Under the pieces are notes generated by a model. That model searched no databases, was not told the DNA's origin, and worked only from the letters and a program-made list of their open reading frames with translations. From the NCBI GenBank assembly GCA_035636595.1, contig DASPYU010000023.1:85846-149845 (forward strand): a DNA stretch of 64,000 nt. Direction: 5' to 3'. The stretch is from Thermoplasmata archaeon (GTDB taxonomy: Archaea > Thermoplasmatota > Thermoplasmata > RBG-16-68-12). Below, piece after piece: positions 29,086-38,633 of the stretch. The translations under genes were made by a program, and so were the position numbers. The stretch's first letter is position 1; each line of letters begins with the position of its first letter.

Positions 29086-30762
29086 ATGGGAATTCTCATG
29101 ATGGGCGGTCAGCCAATCATTATCCTGAAGGAAGGGACGGAGCGCGAGAAGGGCAAGGGCGCGGTGACGAACAACATCGCTGCGGCCCGCGCCGTGGCCG
29201 ATGCGGTCAAGTCGACGCTCGGCCCGAAGGGCATGGACAAGATGCTCGTCGACTCCCTCGGCGACGTGACGATCACGAACGACGGGGTCACGATCCTGAA
29301 AGAGATCGAGATCGAACACCCGACGGCCAAGATGCTTGTCGAGGTCGCGAAGACCCAGGACGACGAGGTCGGCGATGGCACAACGAGCGCGGTGATCCTC
29401 GCAGGGGAACTATTGAAGGAGGCCGAGGACCTCATCGAGCAGGAAGTCCACCCGACGATCATCGTCAACGGGTACCGAATGGCGGCCACGGAAGCGGTGC
29501 GGCGGCTCAATGCACTCGCCTTCGCGGTGAAGCGGGACGACAAGACGACCTTGCGCTCCATCGCCCGCACCGCGATGTCGGGCCGAAGCGTGGGGGCGGT
29601 AAACGCCGACTTCCTCGCGGACATCGCCGTGGATGCGGTCCAGTCGATCATCGAGGAGGTCGCCGGGGAGGTCCGCGCAGACGTCGACAACATTCTCGTC
29701 CAGAAGAAACATGGCGGATCCCTGACGGACACCACTCTGATCGATGGCGTCGTACTCGACAAGGAGCGCGTGCACCCGCGCATGCCGAAGTTCATCCGGG
29801 ACGCCAAGATCGCTCTCATCAACCGGGCGCTCGAGGTCAAGAAGACCGAGGTGAACGAGGAGATTCGAATCCGGGATCCGGCGAAGCTCCAGATGTTCTT
29901 GAACGAAGAGGAGAAGAGCCTCAAGACGATGGTCGACAAGATCAAGGCCTCCGGGGCGAACGTGGTCCTGTGCCAGAAGGGCATCGACGACGTCGCGCAG
30001 CATTACCTCGCGAAGGAAGGCATCTACGCGGTTCGGCGGGTCAAGGAGAGCGACATGAAGAAACTGGCGAAGGCGACGGGCGCACGCGCGGTCACGAACC
30101 TGGACGACCTCACGGCGAAGGAGCTGGGCAAGGCGGACCTCGTCGAAGAGCGAAAGGTCGGGACCGATGACATGACCTTCGTCACGGGAAACAAGAAGGC
30201 CCGGGCCGTGTCCATCCTGATCCGAGGCGGGACCGAGCACGTCGTCGATGAGGTCGAGCGGATCCTGCACGATGCGCTCCGCGTCGTCGCGGCGGCGATC
30301 GAAGACGGGAAGGCGATCACCGGCGGCGGCTCCGCCGAGATCGAGCTATCCCTCGCCCTGAAGGACTACGCGGCCACCGTCGGTGGACGGGAACAGCTCG
30401 CGATCGAGAAGTTTGCGCACGCGCTCGAGGTCATTCCACGGACGCTCGGGGAAAACGCGGGGCTCGATCCAATCGATGTGCTCATCAAACTCCGCGCCGA
30501 GCATGGAAAGAAGGGCGGGAAGTCGATGGGCGTGAACGTCATGTCGGGCGAGCCCCTCGACATGCTGAAGGCCAACGTGGTGGAGCCGCTCCGAGTGAAG
30601 ACGCAGGAAATCGAGTCCGCCGCGGAAGTCGCGAGCATGATCCTCCGGATCGACGACATCATCGCGTCGAAGAAGTCGCCTCCGCCACCGCCGGGAGGCG
30701 GCGAGCACGGCCACGGCGGCGGCATGGGTGGAATGGGCGGCATGCCCGGAATGGGGATGTGA
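29086..30762 (+). CDS. Thermosome subunit (group II chaperonin)
   Basis: [25 protein letters not shown]-terminal GGM repeats. Confidence 0.98.
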   Translation: MGILMMGGQPIIILKEGTEREKGKGAVTNNIAAARAVADAVKSTLGPKGMDKMLVDSLGDVTITNDGVTILKEIEIEHPTAKMLVEVAKTQDDEVGDGTTSAVILAGELLKEAEDLIEQEVHPTIIVNGYRMAATEAVRRLNALAFAVKRDDKTTLRSIARTAMSGRSVGAVNADFLADIAVDAVQSIIEEVAGEVRADVDNILVQKKHGGSLTDTTLIDGVVLDKERVHPRMPKFIRDAKIALINRALEVKKTEVNEEIRIRDPAKLQMFLNEEEKSLKTMVDKIKASGANVVLCQKGIDDVAQHYLAKEGIYAVRRVKESDMKKLAKATGARAVTNLDDLTAKELGKADLVEERKVGTDDMTFVTGNKKARAVSILIRGGTEHVVDEVERILHDALRVVAAAIEDGKAITGGGSAEIELSLALKDYAATVGGREQLAIEKFAHALEVIPRTLGENAGLDPIDVLIKLRAEHGKKGGKSMGVNVMSGEPLDMLKANVVEPLRVKTQEIESAAEVASMILRIDDIIASKKSPPPPPGGGEHGHGGGMGGMGGMPGMGM

Positions 30763-30768
30763 CGTCCC

Positions 30769-31299
30769 CTACTCCGTAGCGGTCCGCGCAGCGAGCCGCT
30801 CGGCGATCCGCGCGCGCAGGCGGGCGGCGTCCTCGTCCAACAACCCGACACTCTGGACGATCTCCGTCCACCCGTCGTCGTTCGGCATCCCCGGACCGAT
30901 GCGGGACCGCTCGATCCGGAACCGCGTCTTGATTCCCTCCGCGGTGACGACGCGGGGCGGATGATCCGACCGCGAGCGAACCACGTCCACTCGGGACCGC
31001 TTTCCTTCCGCTTCGATCGCCTCCACGACGGCCCTTTCCGCGTCCGCAAGGGATCGACTCGAAATCAGACTGAAGCTGACGGACCCCCGCTTGGCGAGGC
31101 GCGGGACGAAGACGAGGATCGTGAACACGAGGATGAACGAGGCGATCGCGAGGAGCGAGACGCCGGCAATCCCGGCGTTCTCACCGAACGAGGAGACGGC
31201 GAGGACTCCGATCCCCAGGAAAACGATCGCCAGGCCGAGGAACACCGCGGCGATCCGCCAGTTGTTCGCGTAGGCCCACCCCTCGGGCTGCGCATCCAT
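30769..31299 (-). CDS. Hypothetical membrane protein (2 TM)
   Basis: Two N-terminal hydrophobic helices plus a soluble domain. Confidence 0.7.
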   Translation of the reverse strand: MDAQPEGWAYANNWRIAAVFLGLAIVFLGIGVLAVSSFGENAGIAGVSLLAIASFILVFTILVFVPRLAKRGSVSFSLISSRSLADAERAVVEAIEAEGKRSRVDVVRSRSDHPPRVVTAEGIKTRFRIERSRIGPGMPNDDGWTEIVQSVGLLDEDAARLRARIAERLAARTATE

Positions 31300-31300
31300 T

Positions 31301-31765
31301 TCAATGTCCCTCCACGACGAGGGCGCCGAATTTCCCGCGCGACACGTCGAGGCCGAAGTTCGTCCGCTTCACGTAGCAATCGAGGGCCCGGACCGTCGCG
31401 CCGACCGCGACCTTGCCGCGCTCGACGAGGCCCACGTCCTCGTCCCACAGGGCGAAGCGGCAATAGCCGCTCTCGTCCCGCAAGTCCAGGTTCACGACGC
31501 GGCCCGGGGTGCCGTCCTGTCGGTTGAACGTCCGGATCGGCGAGATCGCGACGACGCTCGCCCGGAGGTTCGCCTCCATCCCTTCCTGCAAGTCCGCGAT
31601 CCGGGTGAAGGACGCGACGCTGCGGCCCATCCGCTCCACGAGGACCATCGCGGCGGAGTCGCGGTCGAGGAGACCCCCCCATTCCGCGACCACCCGGTCC
31701 GTCTCGGCGTCGAACGCCTCGGGCGTCAAGAGGTCCTGCACCTTTTCGTAGTGCGGGCGGCGCAC
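31301..31765 (-). CDS. RPA-like OB-fold protein with N-terminal helical domain
   Basis: TRIADLQEG...RTFNRQDGTPGRVVNLDLRDESGYCRFALWDE. Confidence 0.85.
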   Translation of the reverse strand: MRRPHYEKVQDLLTPEAFDAETDRVVAEWGGLLDRDSAAMVLVERMGRSVASFTRIADLQEGMEANLRASVVAISPIRTFNRQDGTPGRVVNLDLRDESGYCRFALWDEDVGLVERGKVAVGATVRALDCYVKRTNFGLDVSRGKFGALVVEGH

Positions 31766-31771
31766 GGCCGC

Positions 31772-32296
31772 TCATCGCAGAGGGCCGGAAAAGGTTTGCT
31801 CAGCCCTTCCCGAGGGAAGGCTTGCAACGATCGCCTGGCGCAAGGCGTCCATCGATTTTCGGTCGGAGGAACGAGGCAAGAGCAGAATCGTCGTCTCCGA
31901 ATCGGCACCGGATCGAAGGAGCCCAACCAAGGCCGACGGATCGTCGATGCGGAGCAGGATCTCGCAGCGCCGGAACAGGCCTTCGGGGCCATCCGCGGGC
32001 GAGAGTGGCGTCGGCGTCCGATCAACGAGCGCCTCGCGCAAGGACTCCGCGACCACCGCCGGATCACCGCGGACCGGGAGCGCCCAGAGCGGGCGACGTC
32101 GCAAGCGAATGCCCAGCCACACCGGAGGGCCGAAGGCGCTCGTTGCGAGCAAGGAGACGGAGACAAGACCGAAGCCGAGTTGCCAGGCCACGAGGCACGC
32201 CGTCCAGAGGGCGCCGATCAGGAACAGGAAGGTGAGGACGGTGCTCCCTCGCACCCAGCGTCTCCATACGAGGGCGGACGCCGCCGGACCCGACAC
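31772..32296 (-). CDS. Hypothetical membrane protein (2 TM)
   Basis: Two hydrophobic helices; fills the operon gap. Confidence 0.6.
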   Translation of the reverse strand: MSGPAASALVWRRWVRGSTVLTFLFLIGALWTACLVAWQLGFGLVSVSLLATSAFGPPVWLGIRLRRRPLWALPVRGDPAVVAESLREALVDRTPTPLSPADGPEGLFRRCEILLRIDDPSALVGLLRSGADSETTILLLPRSSDRKSMDALRQAIVASLPSGRAEQTFSGPLR

Positions 32297-32305
32297 GGAA
32301 GCGCC

Positions 32306-34213
32306 TCACTTCAGACGGATCGTCTCGAGGTTCATCGGGGCGCGCGTCTCGAGGCCGAACTTCTTGTACAGCCCCGAGGCCAGATCGGAGCACTTGAACT
32401 CCTCGCCGTGGTTCACGATGACGCGCTCGGGGCGCGGCTCCATCGTCCCGACGTAGTTCAGCAACTGCAAGCGATCCGAGTGACCGGAGAACCCGTCGAT
32501 CGTCTCGAGGTCCAGCTTGATCGGGAGCGTGAGCGGCTGGCCGCGGTCCGTGAGCGTGACTTCGCGAGCCTCGCGCTGGATGCGTCGGCCGAGGGATCCT
32601 TCGGACTGGAATCCGACGAACAGCAGGGCGTGAAGCGGGTTGTCGGCCCACGACTTGAAGTACTCCAGGACTGGCCCGCCGGACATCATGCCGGACGTCG
32701 CAAGGACGATGCACGGCTCGACGTCGTCGCAGATGTTCGACCGCATGTCCGATGTCTCGACGCGCTTGAACATCGGCGACAGGAACGGGTTCTCCCCGGT
32801 CTGGAAGATTTGCGTCCGGAGTTGGCTGTTCAGATATTCCGGATACGCGGTGTGGATCGCCGTCGCCTCCCAGATCATGCCGTCGAGGTAGATCGGGACC
32901 TCGGGGATCTGGTGGTTCCGCATCGCGTCCTCGAGGACGAGCATGACCTCCTGGGACCGTCCGACCGCGAACACGGGGATCAGGATCTTGCCGCCCCGAC
33001 TGAGGACCCGTTTCGCGACCTCCTTGAGCTGCTGCGCGGCCTCGTGGCGAGAGGGCTGGATGTCGTGATAGCCGCCGTACGTCGACTCGAGCACGAGCGT
33101 CTCGATCCTCGGGAACTTGTTCACGGCCGGGTTGAAGAGCCACGTCTTCTCGAACTTGATGTCCCCCGACATCGCGACGTTGTACAGCCCGTCCCCGATG
33201 TGGAAGTGCGCCACCGCCGAGCCGAGGATGTGCCCCGCATTCTGGAAGGTCAGGCGGACGTCGGGCGCGATGTCCGTCGTCTCGCCGTACTTCAGCGGAA
33301 TCGTGTTCGCGACCGCCTTGCGGATGTTGCTCGAGTCATACGGCGACTTGCGCGCCTCGCCCATCGCGACCTTGATGAAGTCGAGCTGGAGGAGGGACAT
33401 CAGGTCGCGCGTCGGCGGGGTCGTGTAGATCGGTCCGTCGTACCCGTACTTGTACAGGACCGGGACGAGCCCCGAGTGGTCCAGGTGGGCGTGCGTGATG
33501 ACGACCGCGTCGATCGCGCCGAGCGGGGTGACTTCGGGCGCGTTCAGGTACGGTGAGCCGTTGTCTTCCGAGATGAGGACGCCGCAGTCGATGAGCACCC
33601 TCGACTCCCGCGTCGAGATCAGGGCGGCGGACCGGCCGACTTGGCGGAAGCCTCCAAGGGCCGTGATCCGAACATAGTTCTCGCCCAGGGGGACCTCCCG
33701 CGCGAGCTTTCGGCCGACTTGCTTCAGGAACGCCTGCCGCTCGTCGTTGATCGTCCGGAGGTACTGGCGGATCTCCTCGACCGTCTTCGAGGGGATCGGC
33801 GGCGTGCGGACGACCTTCGGCGCCCAGCCGATCCGTTTCTTGATCTCGTTCAGCACGGATCCATGCCGGCCGATCACCATACCCGGGGACAGGGCTTCGA
33901 TCGTGACCTCGCCCGTCTCCGTCTCGAAGTAGATCCCGGTGATCTGCGCCTCCGCGGGGATCACCTCGCGGATGATCTTCTCCGCGTCCTCCTGGGATGC
34001 GAGGAGCGAGGGATCGGGCCGGACGACGATCCGGCGCCGCAGCTGCTGGGCAATCTGCCGCACCAGCTCGTTCGACTCCGCGAAGACCTCCATATTCTTC
34101 GTGTAGATCACGATGGTTGGTCCTTCGAAGTCGACCTGGGTGATTTCCACGTGGTCAGGGACCACTTTCTTCACGACGCTACGCGCGTCGCTCAGAATGT
34201 CCTCAATGGTCAT
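32306..34213 (-). CDS. KH-domain beta-CASP ribonuclease aCPSF1 (transcription termination factor FttA)
   Basis: N-terminal KH domains, LGGFRQVGRS, THAHLDHSG, AGHILGS, ESTYG, FSGHSD; next to proteasome beta. Confidence 0.96.
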   Translation of the reverse strand: MTIEDILSDARSVVKKVVPDHVEITQVDFEGPTIVIYTKNMEVFAESNELVRQIAQQLRRRIVVRPDPSLLASQEDAEKIIREVIPAEAQITGIYFETETGEVTIEALSPGMVIGRHGSVLNEIKKRIGWAPKVVRTPPIPSKTVEEIRQYLRTINDERQAFLKQVGRKLAREVPLGENYVRITALGGFRQVGRSAALISTRESRVLIDCGVLISEDNGSPYLNAPEVTPLGAIDAVVITHAHLDHSGLVPVLYKYGYDGPIYTTPPTRDLMSLLQLDFIKVAMGEARKSPYDSSNIRKAVANTIPLKYGETTDIAPDVRLTFQNAGHILGSAVAHFHIGDGLYNVAMSGDIKFEKTWLFNPAVNKFPRIETLVLESTYGGYHDIQPSRHEAAQQLKEVAKRVLSRGGKILIPVFAVGRSQEVMLVLEDAMRNHQIPEVPIYLDGMIWEATAIHTAYPEYLNSQLRTQIFQTGENPFLSPMFKRVETSDMRSNICDDVEPCIVLATSGMMSGGPVLEYFKSWADNPLHALLFVGFQSEGSLGRRIQREAREVTLTDRGQPLTLPIKLDLETIDGFSGHSDRLQLLNYVGTMEPRPERVIVNHGEEFKCSDLASGLYKKFGLETRAPMNLETIRLK

Positions 34214-34247
34214 CGGACATCACTTTGGCCGGACGTCGCTTGCGGAC

Positions 34248-34889
34248 TCAGGCCAGTTTCATGCTTGTCTTGCGCTTCTCGACTTCCTTGTCGTCGAGCA
34301 TCTTGAATCCGTCTTTCGTGATGATGGCGACGTCGATCCCTTCGCCGGAGACCGCATCGCGTTTCATCGCGGCGGTCACCGCGCGGACCGCGAGGTTCGC
34401 GCCTTCCTCGGTCGTCATGCCATCCGTGTAGTGGTCCTCGAGGACGCCGTAGACGTACGGGCTCCCGGAGCCGCTGGACACGAACTTGTCGGGGAGCGAG
34501 CCGCCAGCCGCATCGAGCGAGTAGACGTGTCCGCCCGAGCGGTCGACGCCGCCGATCACGAGCTGCACCCAGTACGGGAAGTACCGGCTGCCGCTCAGGA
34601 TGTTCGCGGTCAGGGTCGCACAGGCCTCGACGGGCATCGTGATGCCCCGCTTCAGTTTGTACAGCTCGACCTCCGCCGTGATATAGCGGGCGAGGACCTG
34701 CAGGTCGCCGACGAGTCCGGCGGTCGTCAGGCCCAGGTTGTCGTCGAGCTTGTACACTTTCTTCGTTCGCTTGTGGGCGATCAAAGTCCCGGCGGTCGCG
34801 CGTCGGTCCGCCGCGAGGACGACTCCGTCCTTGCAGACGAGCCCCAGCGTCGTGGTGCCGGTCTCGACCTCTCTCGTAATCGCTGACAT
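34248..34889 (-). CDS. psmB: Proteasome subunit beta
   Basis: Propeptide ending TG^TTTLGL, AADRRAT, SGSGSPY, RDAVSG. Confidence 0.97.
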   Translation of the reverse strand: MSAITREVETGTTTLGLVCKDGVVLAADRRATAGTLIAHKRTKKVYKLDDNLGLTTAGLVGDLQVLARYITAEVELYKLKRGITMPVEACATLTANILSGSRYFPYWVQLVIGGVDRSGGHVYSLDAAGGSLPDKFVSSGSGSPYVYGVLEDHYTDGMTTEEGANLAVRAVTAAMKRDAVSGEGIDVAIITKDGFKMLDDKEVEKRKTSMKLA

Positions 34890-35047
34890 CAGAACACTCC
34901 CGTTCAAAAGGGTGTCAAAAGACGCCCGAAGAATACGGGCGGCACTATTTAAGAATTACCCTTTCTATCTCGAATCCGAGATAAAACGGGACCGTGCCCT
35001 TTCGAGTTCTTCAGCCCCCGGGGGTCGCGTAGCGAGGCCGCGGAAGG

Positions 35048-35188
35048 TCACATGTGGAAGTAGGTCCACCAGACCCCGAAGGCGACGATGACGATGATGA
35101 CGACGGCGATTCCGACGTACATGTACATTTTCCGCCTGCCTTTCTTCTTCTCGCCGCTGAGCCCCAGACCCGCGACATCGTAGGACAT
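35048..35188 (-). CDS. Small single-TM protein (46 aa), absent from the ORF track
   Basis: MSYDVAGLGLSGEKKKGRRKMYMYVGIAVVIIVIVAFGVWWTYFHM; GAGGT RBS and CTTAAG box upstream. Confidence 0.65.
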   Translation of the reverse strand: MSYDVAGLGLSGEKKKGRRKMYMYVGIAVVIIVIVAFGVWWTYFHM

Positions 35189-35222
35189 GTCGGACCTCGA
35201 CGGGCCAAGTTGCGGGAGCGAC

Positions 35223-35798
35223 TTAAGGGTTTCGACCTCGAGCGGGTTTGGACACGAGGTCCACGAGGAGCGATGCCGCTCGCGACGCCGGTTTGAATTG
35301 CACCGCGTAGGCGATCTTTTCTTTCGGCAACGCCACGTTTGCGGCGCTCACGAAGACGGTGATTCCGCCGCCCTCCTCCGCGGTCCGGAGGATTTCGTCT
35401 TGAGGAATCGAGATGAGTTCGCGGCCTTCTTGGTCCTCGAAGAAGAACTTCACTGCGCTCGGCATCGCGCGCAGCTTCACGAGAAAATATCCAGGGTCTT
35501 CTGGGTCGCGCGTCGTCGGCGCGGCGAAGAAGATCACGCCTTTCTCATGACGGTACGCATGGCCGTCCACCGGTCGGAGGAGGGGCACGCGTTGGCCGTC
35601 GTGATCCATCGAAACTTCGGCGGTCGCGTCCGCTTCTCCGAGGATCCGATACGATGCGGCACCGCCGCCTGCGATCTGGGAGAATGCGATACGCGAGGGC
35701 TCGCCCTTTTCCCCCGCTTCGATGCGGACACGCAACCGGAGGGTCGCAAAGTTGAGGTCGTAGATTCGGTCGTCGGAATCGACGTAGCCGAGGATCAT
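35223..35798 (-). CDS. Hypothetical protein (191 aa)
   Basis: Typical codon usage; follows the AKR gene; no recognised motif. Confidence 0.7.
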   Translation of the reverse strand: MILGYVDSDDRIYDLNFATLRLRVRIEAGEKGEPSRIAFSQIAGGGAASYRILGEADATAEVSMDHDGQRVPLLRPVDGHAYRHEKGVIFFAAPTTRDPEDPGYFLVKLRAMPSAVKFFFEDQEGRELISIPQDEILRTAEEGGGITVFVSAANVALPKEKIAYAVQFKPASRAASLLVDLVSKPARGRNP

Positions 35799-35807
35799 CC
35801 GCGCGCC

Positions 35808-36746
35808 TCAGACGCCGAAGCCCTTCCGGAACTGTTCGGCGATCTCTCCGAGTTCGACCTGGGAAAAACTCTCGAAGTCGGACACGGCGCCATACTCCGC
35901 AAGGTCCTCTTCCCGATAGATGTTCGGAATTGCGGACGCAACGGTCTCCTCGGAGAGGATGAACTTCAGCGCGGCCTGGGAGAGGGTCATCCCCTTCCCG
36001 TCGTAGATCCATCGCAGATTCGCGGCCTGCTTACGGGCGCGGTCGATCCAGGCCGCGTCCTTTACCCCAAGGTCCCCGTCCGCAGGGAACTTGGCCGCTT
36101 CGGGATTCGATTCGAGTACACCCCCTGCGTGCGGGGCGCGAATCACCATCCCTTGCGCGATCTCGAGCGCCACAGGGAAGAACTTGCGGCCGGGCTCCTC
36201 TTCGAGGAGATTGTAATAGGTCTGGATGCAACCGAGGTCGTACTTCCGCATCGCGGCGCGGCCTTCCTCAAGGCCACCCGGGCCTGGGCCGAGGGCGATC
36301 CCGTAGTATCGGATCTTGCCTTCCGTCTTCAGATCCTCGAGAGTTTGCCACACGCCGGTGTTCGCGACGGTGGCGGCATCCGGGTAGTGGAGCTGCAGGA
36401 CGTCCACGTAGGACGAGGCGAGTCGCTCGAGGGACGCATCGAGGGACTTGCGGATCCCTTGCGGAGAGAAGTCGACGGCGCCTCCGGTGCGGCCGGCCTT
36501 CGTCGAGATGATGACGAGCTCGCGCTTGTCCTGGAAGGCTTTCCCGAGGAGGCGTTCCCCCCGGCCCGCTCCGTCCGTCGGTCCGACGTCGAAGTAGTTG
36601 ATCCCGGCGTCGTATGACTTTCGAAGCAAATCGATCGCTTGATCGTCCGTGAACGAACCCCACCGGTCCGAGGCGAGCGTCCACAGTCCGAAGCCGATTT
36701 CGGAGACCTCGAGCTCCGTCTTCCCCATAGGACGATAGTTCAGCAC
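35808..36746 (-). CDS. Aldo/keto reductase
   Basis: GKTELEVSEIGFG, NYFD, STK, SLERLASSYVDVLQLH, YNLL, SQAALKF. Confidence 0.92.
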   Translation of the reverse strand: MLNYRPMGKTELEVSEIGFGLWTLASDRWGSFTDDQAIDLLRKSYDAGINYFDVGPTDGAGRGERLLGKAFQDKRELVIISTKAGRTGGAVDFSPQGIRKSLDASLERLASSYVDVLQLHYPDAATVANTGVWQTLEDLKTEGKIRYYGIALGPGPGGLEEGRAAMRKYDLGCIQTYYNLLEEEPGRKFFPVALEIAQGMVIRAPHAGGVLESNPEAAKFPADGDLGVKDAAWIDRARKQAANLRWIYDGKGMTLSQAALKFILSEETVASAIPNIYREEDLAEYGAVSDFESFSQVELGEIAEQFRKGFGV

Positions 36747-36806
36747 GGGTCCCTCCCGACCGCAAAGGAGGCGGCCGTATTTGACCGCACCGCTTGCCGC
36801 CGGATG

Positions 36807-37097
36807 TCAGCGCCACGACACGATGAAGAGGGTCGCGAACCCGACCAACTCGGCGGCGTTCAGCGCGAGCATCGGCAGCGCGACGCCCGCCCCGTAGCTC
36901 TCGCTCAGGACGACGTAGAAGTACACCGCCGCGAGGTTCTCGAGGACGAACAGGCCGGCGAACACGATGAGGCCGAGCGAGAAGGCGGAGCGGAGATGGC
37001 GGAAATTCCCGACGTATACGTAGAGCAGGCCTGAAAGGACGGCGACGCTCGCGAGGGCGAGCCCGACATCGACCATCCAGAATGTACCGAGGGCCAC
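36807..37097 (-). CDS. Small 3-TM membrane protein
   Basis: 96-aa hydrophobic ORF directly downstream of the wHTH regulator. Confidence 0.75.
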   Translation of the reverse strand: MALGTFWMVDVGLALASVAVLSGLLYVYVGNFRHLRSAFSLGLIVFAGLFVLENLAAVYFYVVLSESYGAGVALPMLALNAAELVGFATLFIVSWR

Positions 37098-37130
37098 GTT
37101 ACCACCGACCCAGTCCGGTGCTCGGCATAT

Positions 37131-37427
37131 CTACTTTTCCCCAAGGCGCGGCCCGATCCGTTGCCAGATTTCGAGGAAGTCCTCGAAGTGCGTTTGCAGG
37201 CGCGGCGATAGCGAATACAGCGTGCCGTAGCCCTCGTTCCCCAGCGTCATGACGCAGTCGTTCTCTCGGAGCACGTCGAGGTGATGGCGAACCGTTTTGT
37301 AGTCGAGACGCAGATGGCTCGCGAGGTCGTTCGCGTTGTACGGCCGATCGTGGAGCGTCCTCAGAATCCGCGCGCGGTTGATGCCGCCGCGGGTCGCCGC
37401 GATGAGGTACCAAAGGCGCTTGTCCAT
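37131..37427 (-). CDS. Winged-helix ArsR-family regulator
   Basis: LWYLIAATRGGINRARIL...PYNANDLASHLRLDYKTVRHHLDVL. Confidence 0.9.
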   Translation of the reverse strand: MDKRLWYLIAATRGGINRARILRTLHDRPYNANDLASHLRLDYKTVRHHLDVLRENDCVMTLGNEGYGTLYSLSPRLQTHFEDFLEIWQRIGPRLGEK

Positions 37428-37509
37428 GAAGCCACGTGCCCATCCGTTCTTCGATAATGGAGCTTCCGGCACGGGCATCGAACACCCCATCCGCAAACGT
37501 TCTAATATT

Positions 37510-37523
37510 ACTATCCCAATAGT
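37510..37523. promoter_or_regulatory. Palindromic operator candidate ACTAT-N4-ATAGT
   Basis: Inverted repeat abutting TAATATTA, between the divergent regulator and prenyltransferase genes. Confidence 0.4.
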
Positions 37524-37527
37524 CAAA

Positions 37528-38589
37528 ATGGTGGCGTCCGTCCCGGGGGAGGGCGGCCTTCGGAGGAAGGCGATCGGGTGGTTCCTGGAGTTCCGGCTGA
37601 TCCCCGTCCTCCTGTGGTCGTACACCGCCGTCGTCCTCGGGACCGCCGTCGCGTTCGCCTCGGCCGGCGTCTTCGACCCCGGGTGGTTCGTCGTCGCCCT
37701 CGCGCTCGGTGGCCTGATCCAGGGCTGGGAGACGCACGCGATCAATGAGATCTACGACTGGCGTAGCGGCACGGATCGCATCGGCGCGGCCCGCGCGCTG
37801 TCCGGCGGAAGCAAGGTGCGCAACCTCGATCTTCTCGACGAACGTGATCTGTGGCGGATCTTCGTGTTCGCAACCATTGCGGTGGCGGCCCTCACCCTGT
37901 GGGTCTTCGTGGCGCGCGCGGCGTGGCTCGCGATCCTCATCGTGTCGGGATACATCCTGGGGCTCCTGTACACGCTCCCTCCCGTTGCGACGGCCTACCG
38001 CCCGTTCCTGGGCGAGTGGCTCGGCGGTTTCCCTGGCGTGCTGCTTTCGGGCCTCGGCGCATTTGCGATCCAGACGCTCACACTGTCTCCGGTGGCGGCG
38101 ATCGCAGTCGCCGCGCACGCCCTCGTGTGCACGAGCATGCTCGTCGTACACCACTACCTCGACGCACCGATGGACGCGGAAGCGCGGCCTACAAAGCGAA
38201 CCGCGGTGCTCGCCCTCGGCTTCCGATGGGCTCGGCGGTATGCGGCCGGGATGGCGATCGTCGCCGTGGGTCTGGACCTCGGTCTCGCGATCTGGTTCCA
38301 TCCGGCGTTCTTGCTCGGGGTGATCTTCACGGTCCCCGCGGTCTGGTACCATCTCCGCCTGAATCCACAAGACCTCGAGTCGACGACGCGGAACGAGTTG
38401 CGGATCATCCAGCTCGGAATCGCCGCAGGCCTTTCGACCGCGGTCGTCCTCGCGCCTCCGCTCTGGCCCGTTCTCCCGATCGCCGTACTTGGGTATCTGG
38501 CGCACCTCGTGGTCGTCTCGCCTCCCGCAGCGCTCGCACGCGCTTGGAGGCGGGCGCCTTCTCTCGAGTCGGATACGCACAACGGATGA
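37528..38589 (+). CDS. UbiA/MenA-family prenyltransferase
   Basis: HAINEIYDWRSGTD, YTLPP, HHYLDAPMD...KRT; multi-TM. Confidence 0.85.
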   Translation: MVASVPGEGGLRRKAIGWFLEFRLIPVLLWSYTAVVLGTAVAFASAGVFDPGWFVVALALGGLIQGWETHAINEIYDWRSGTDRIGAARALSGGSKVRNLDLLDERDLWRIFVFATIAVAALTLWVFVARAAWLAILIVSGYILGLLYTLPPVATAYRPFLGEWLGGFPGVLLSGLGAFAIQTLTLSPVAAIAVAAHALVCTSMLVVHHYLDAPMDAEARPTKRTAVLALGFRWARRYAAGMAIVAVGLDLGLAIWFHPAFLLGVIFTVPAVWYHLRLNPQDLESTTRNELRIIQLGIAAGLSTAVVLAPPLWPVLPIAVLGYLAHLVVVSPPAALARAWRRAPSLESDTHNG

Positions 38590-38633
38590 GGCGCCGCGGA
38601 AGCGGGAAATAGCACCGGACGCGTCTCCGCTCC

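Noticed and set aside
30668-30762. Low-complexity Pro/Gly/Met repeat
   Set aside because: Normal GGM-type C-terminal tail of a chaperonin
35083-35110. GAC/GAT trinucleotide-like repeat
   Set aside because: Explained by Val/Ile codons of the TM helix of the 46-aa minus-strand protein
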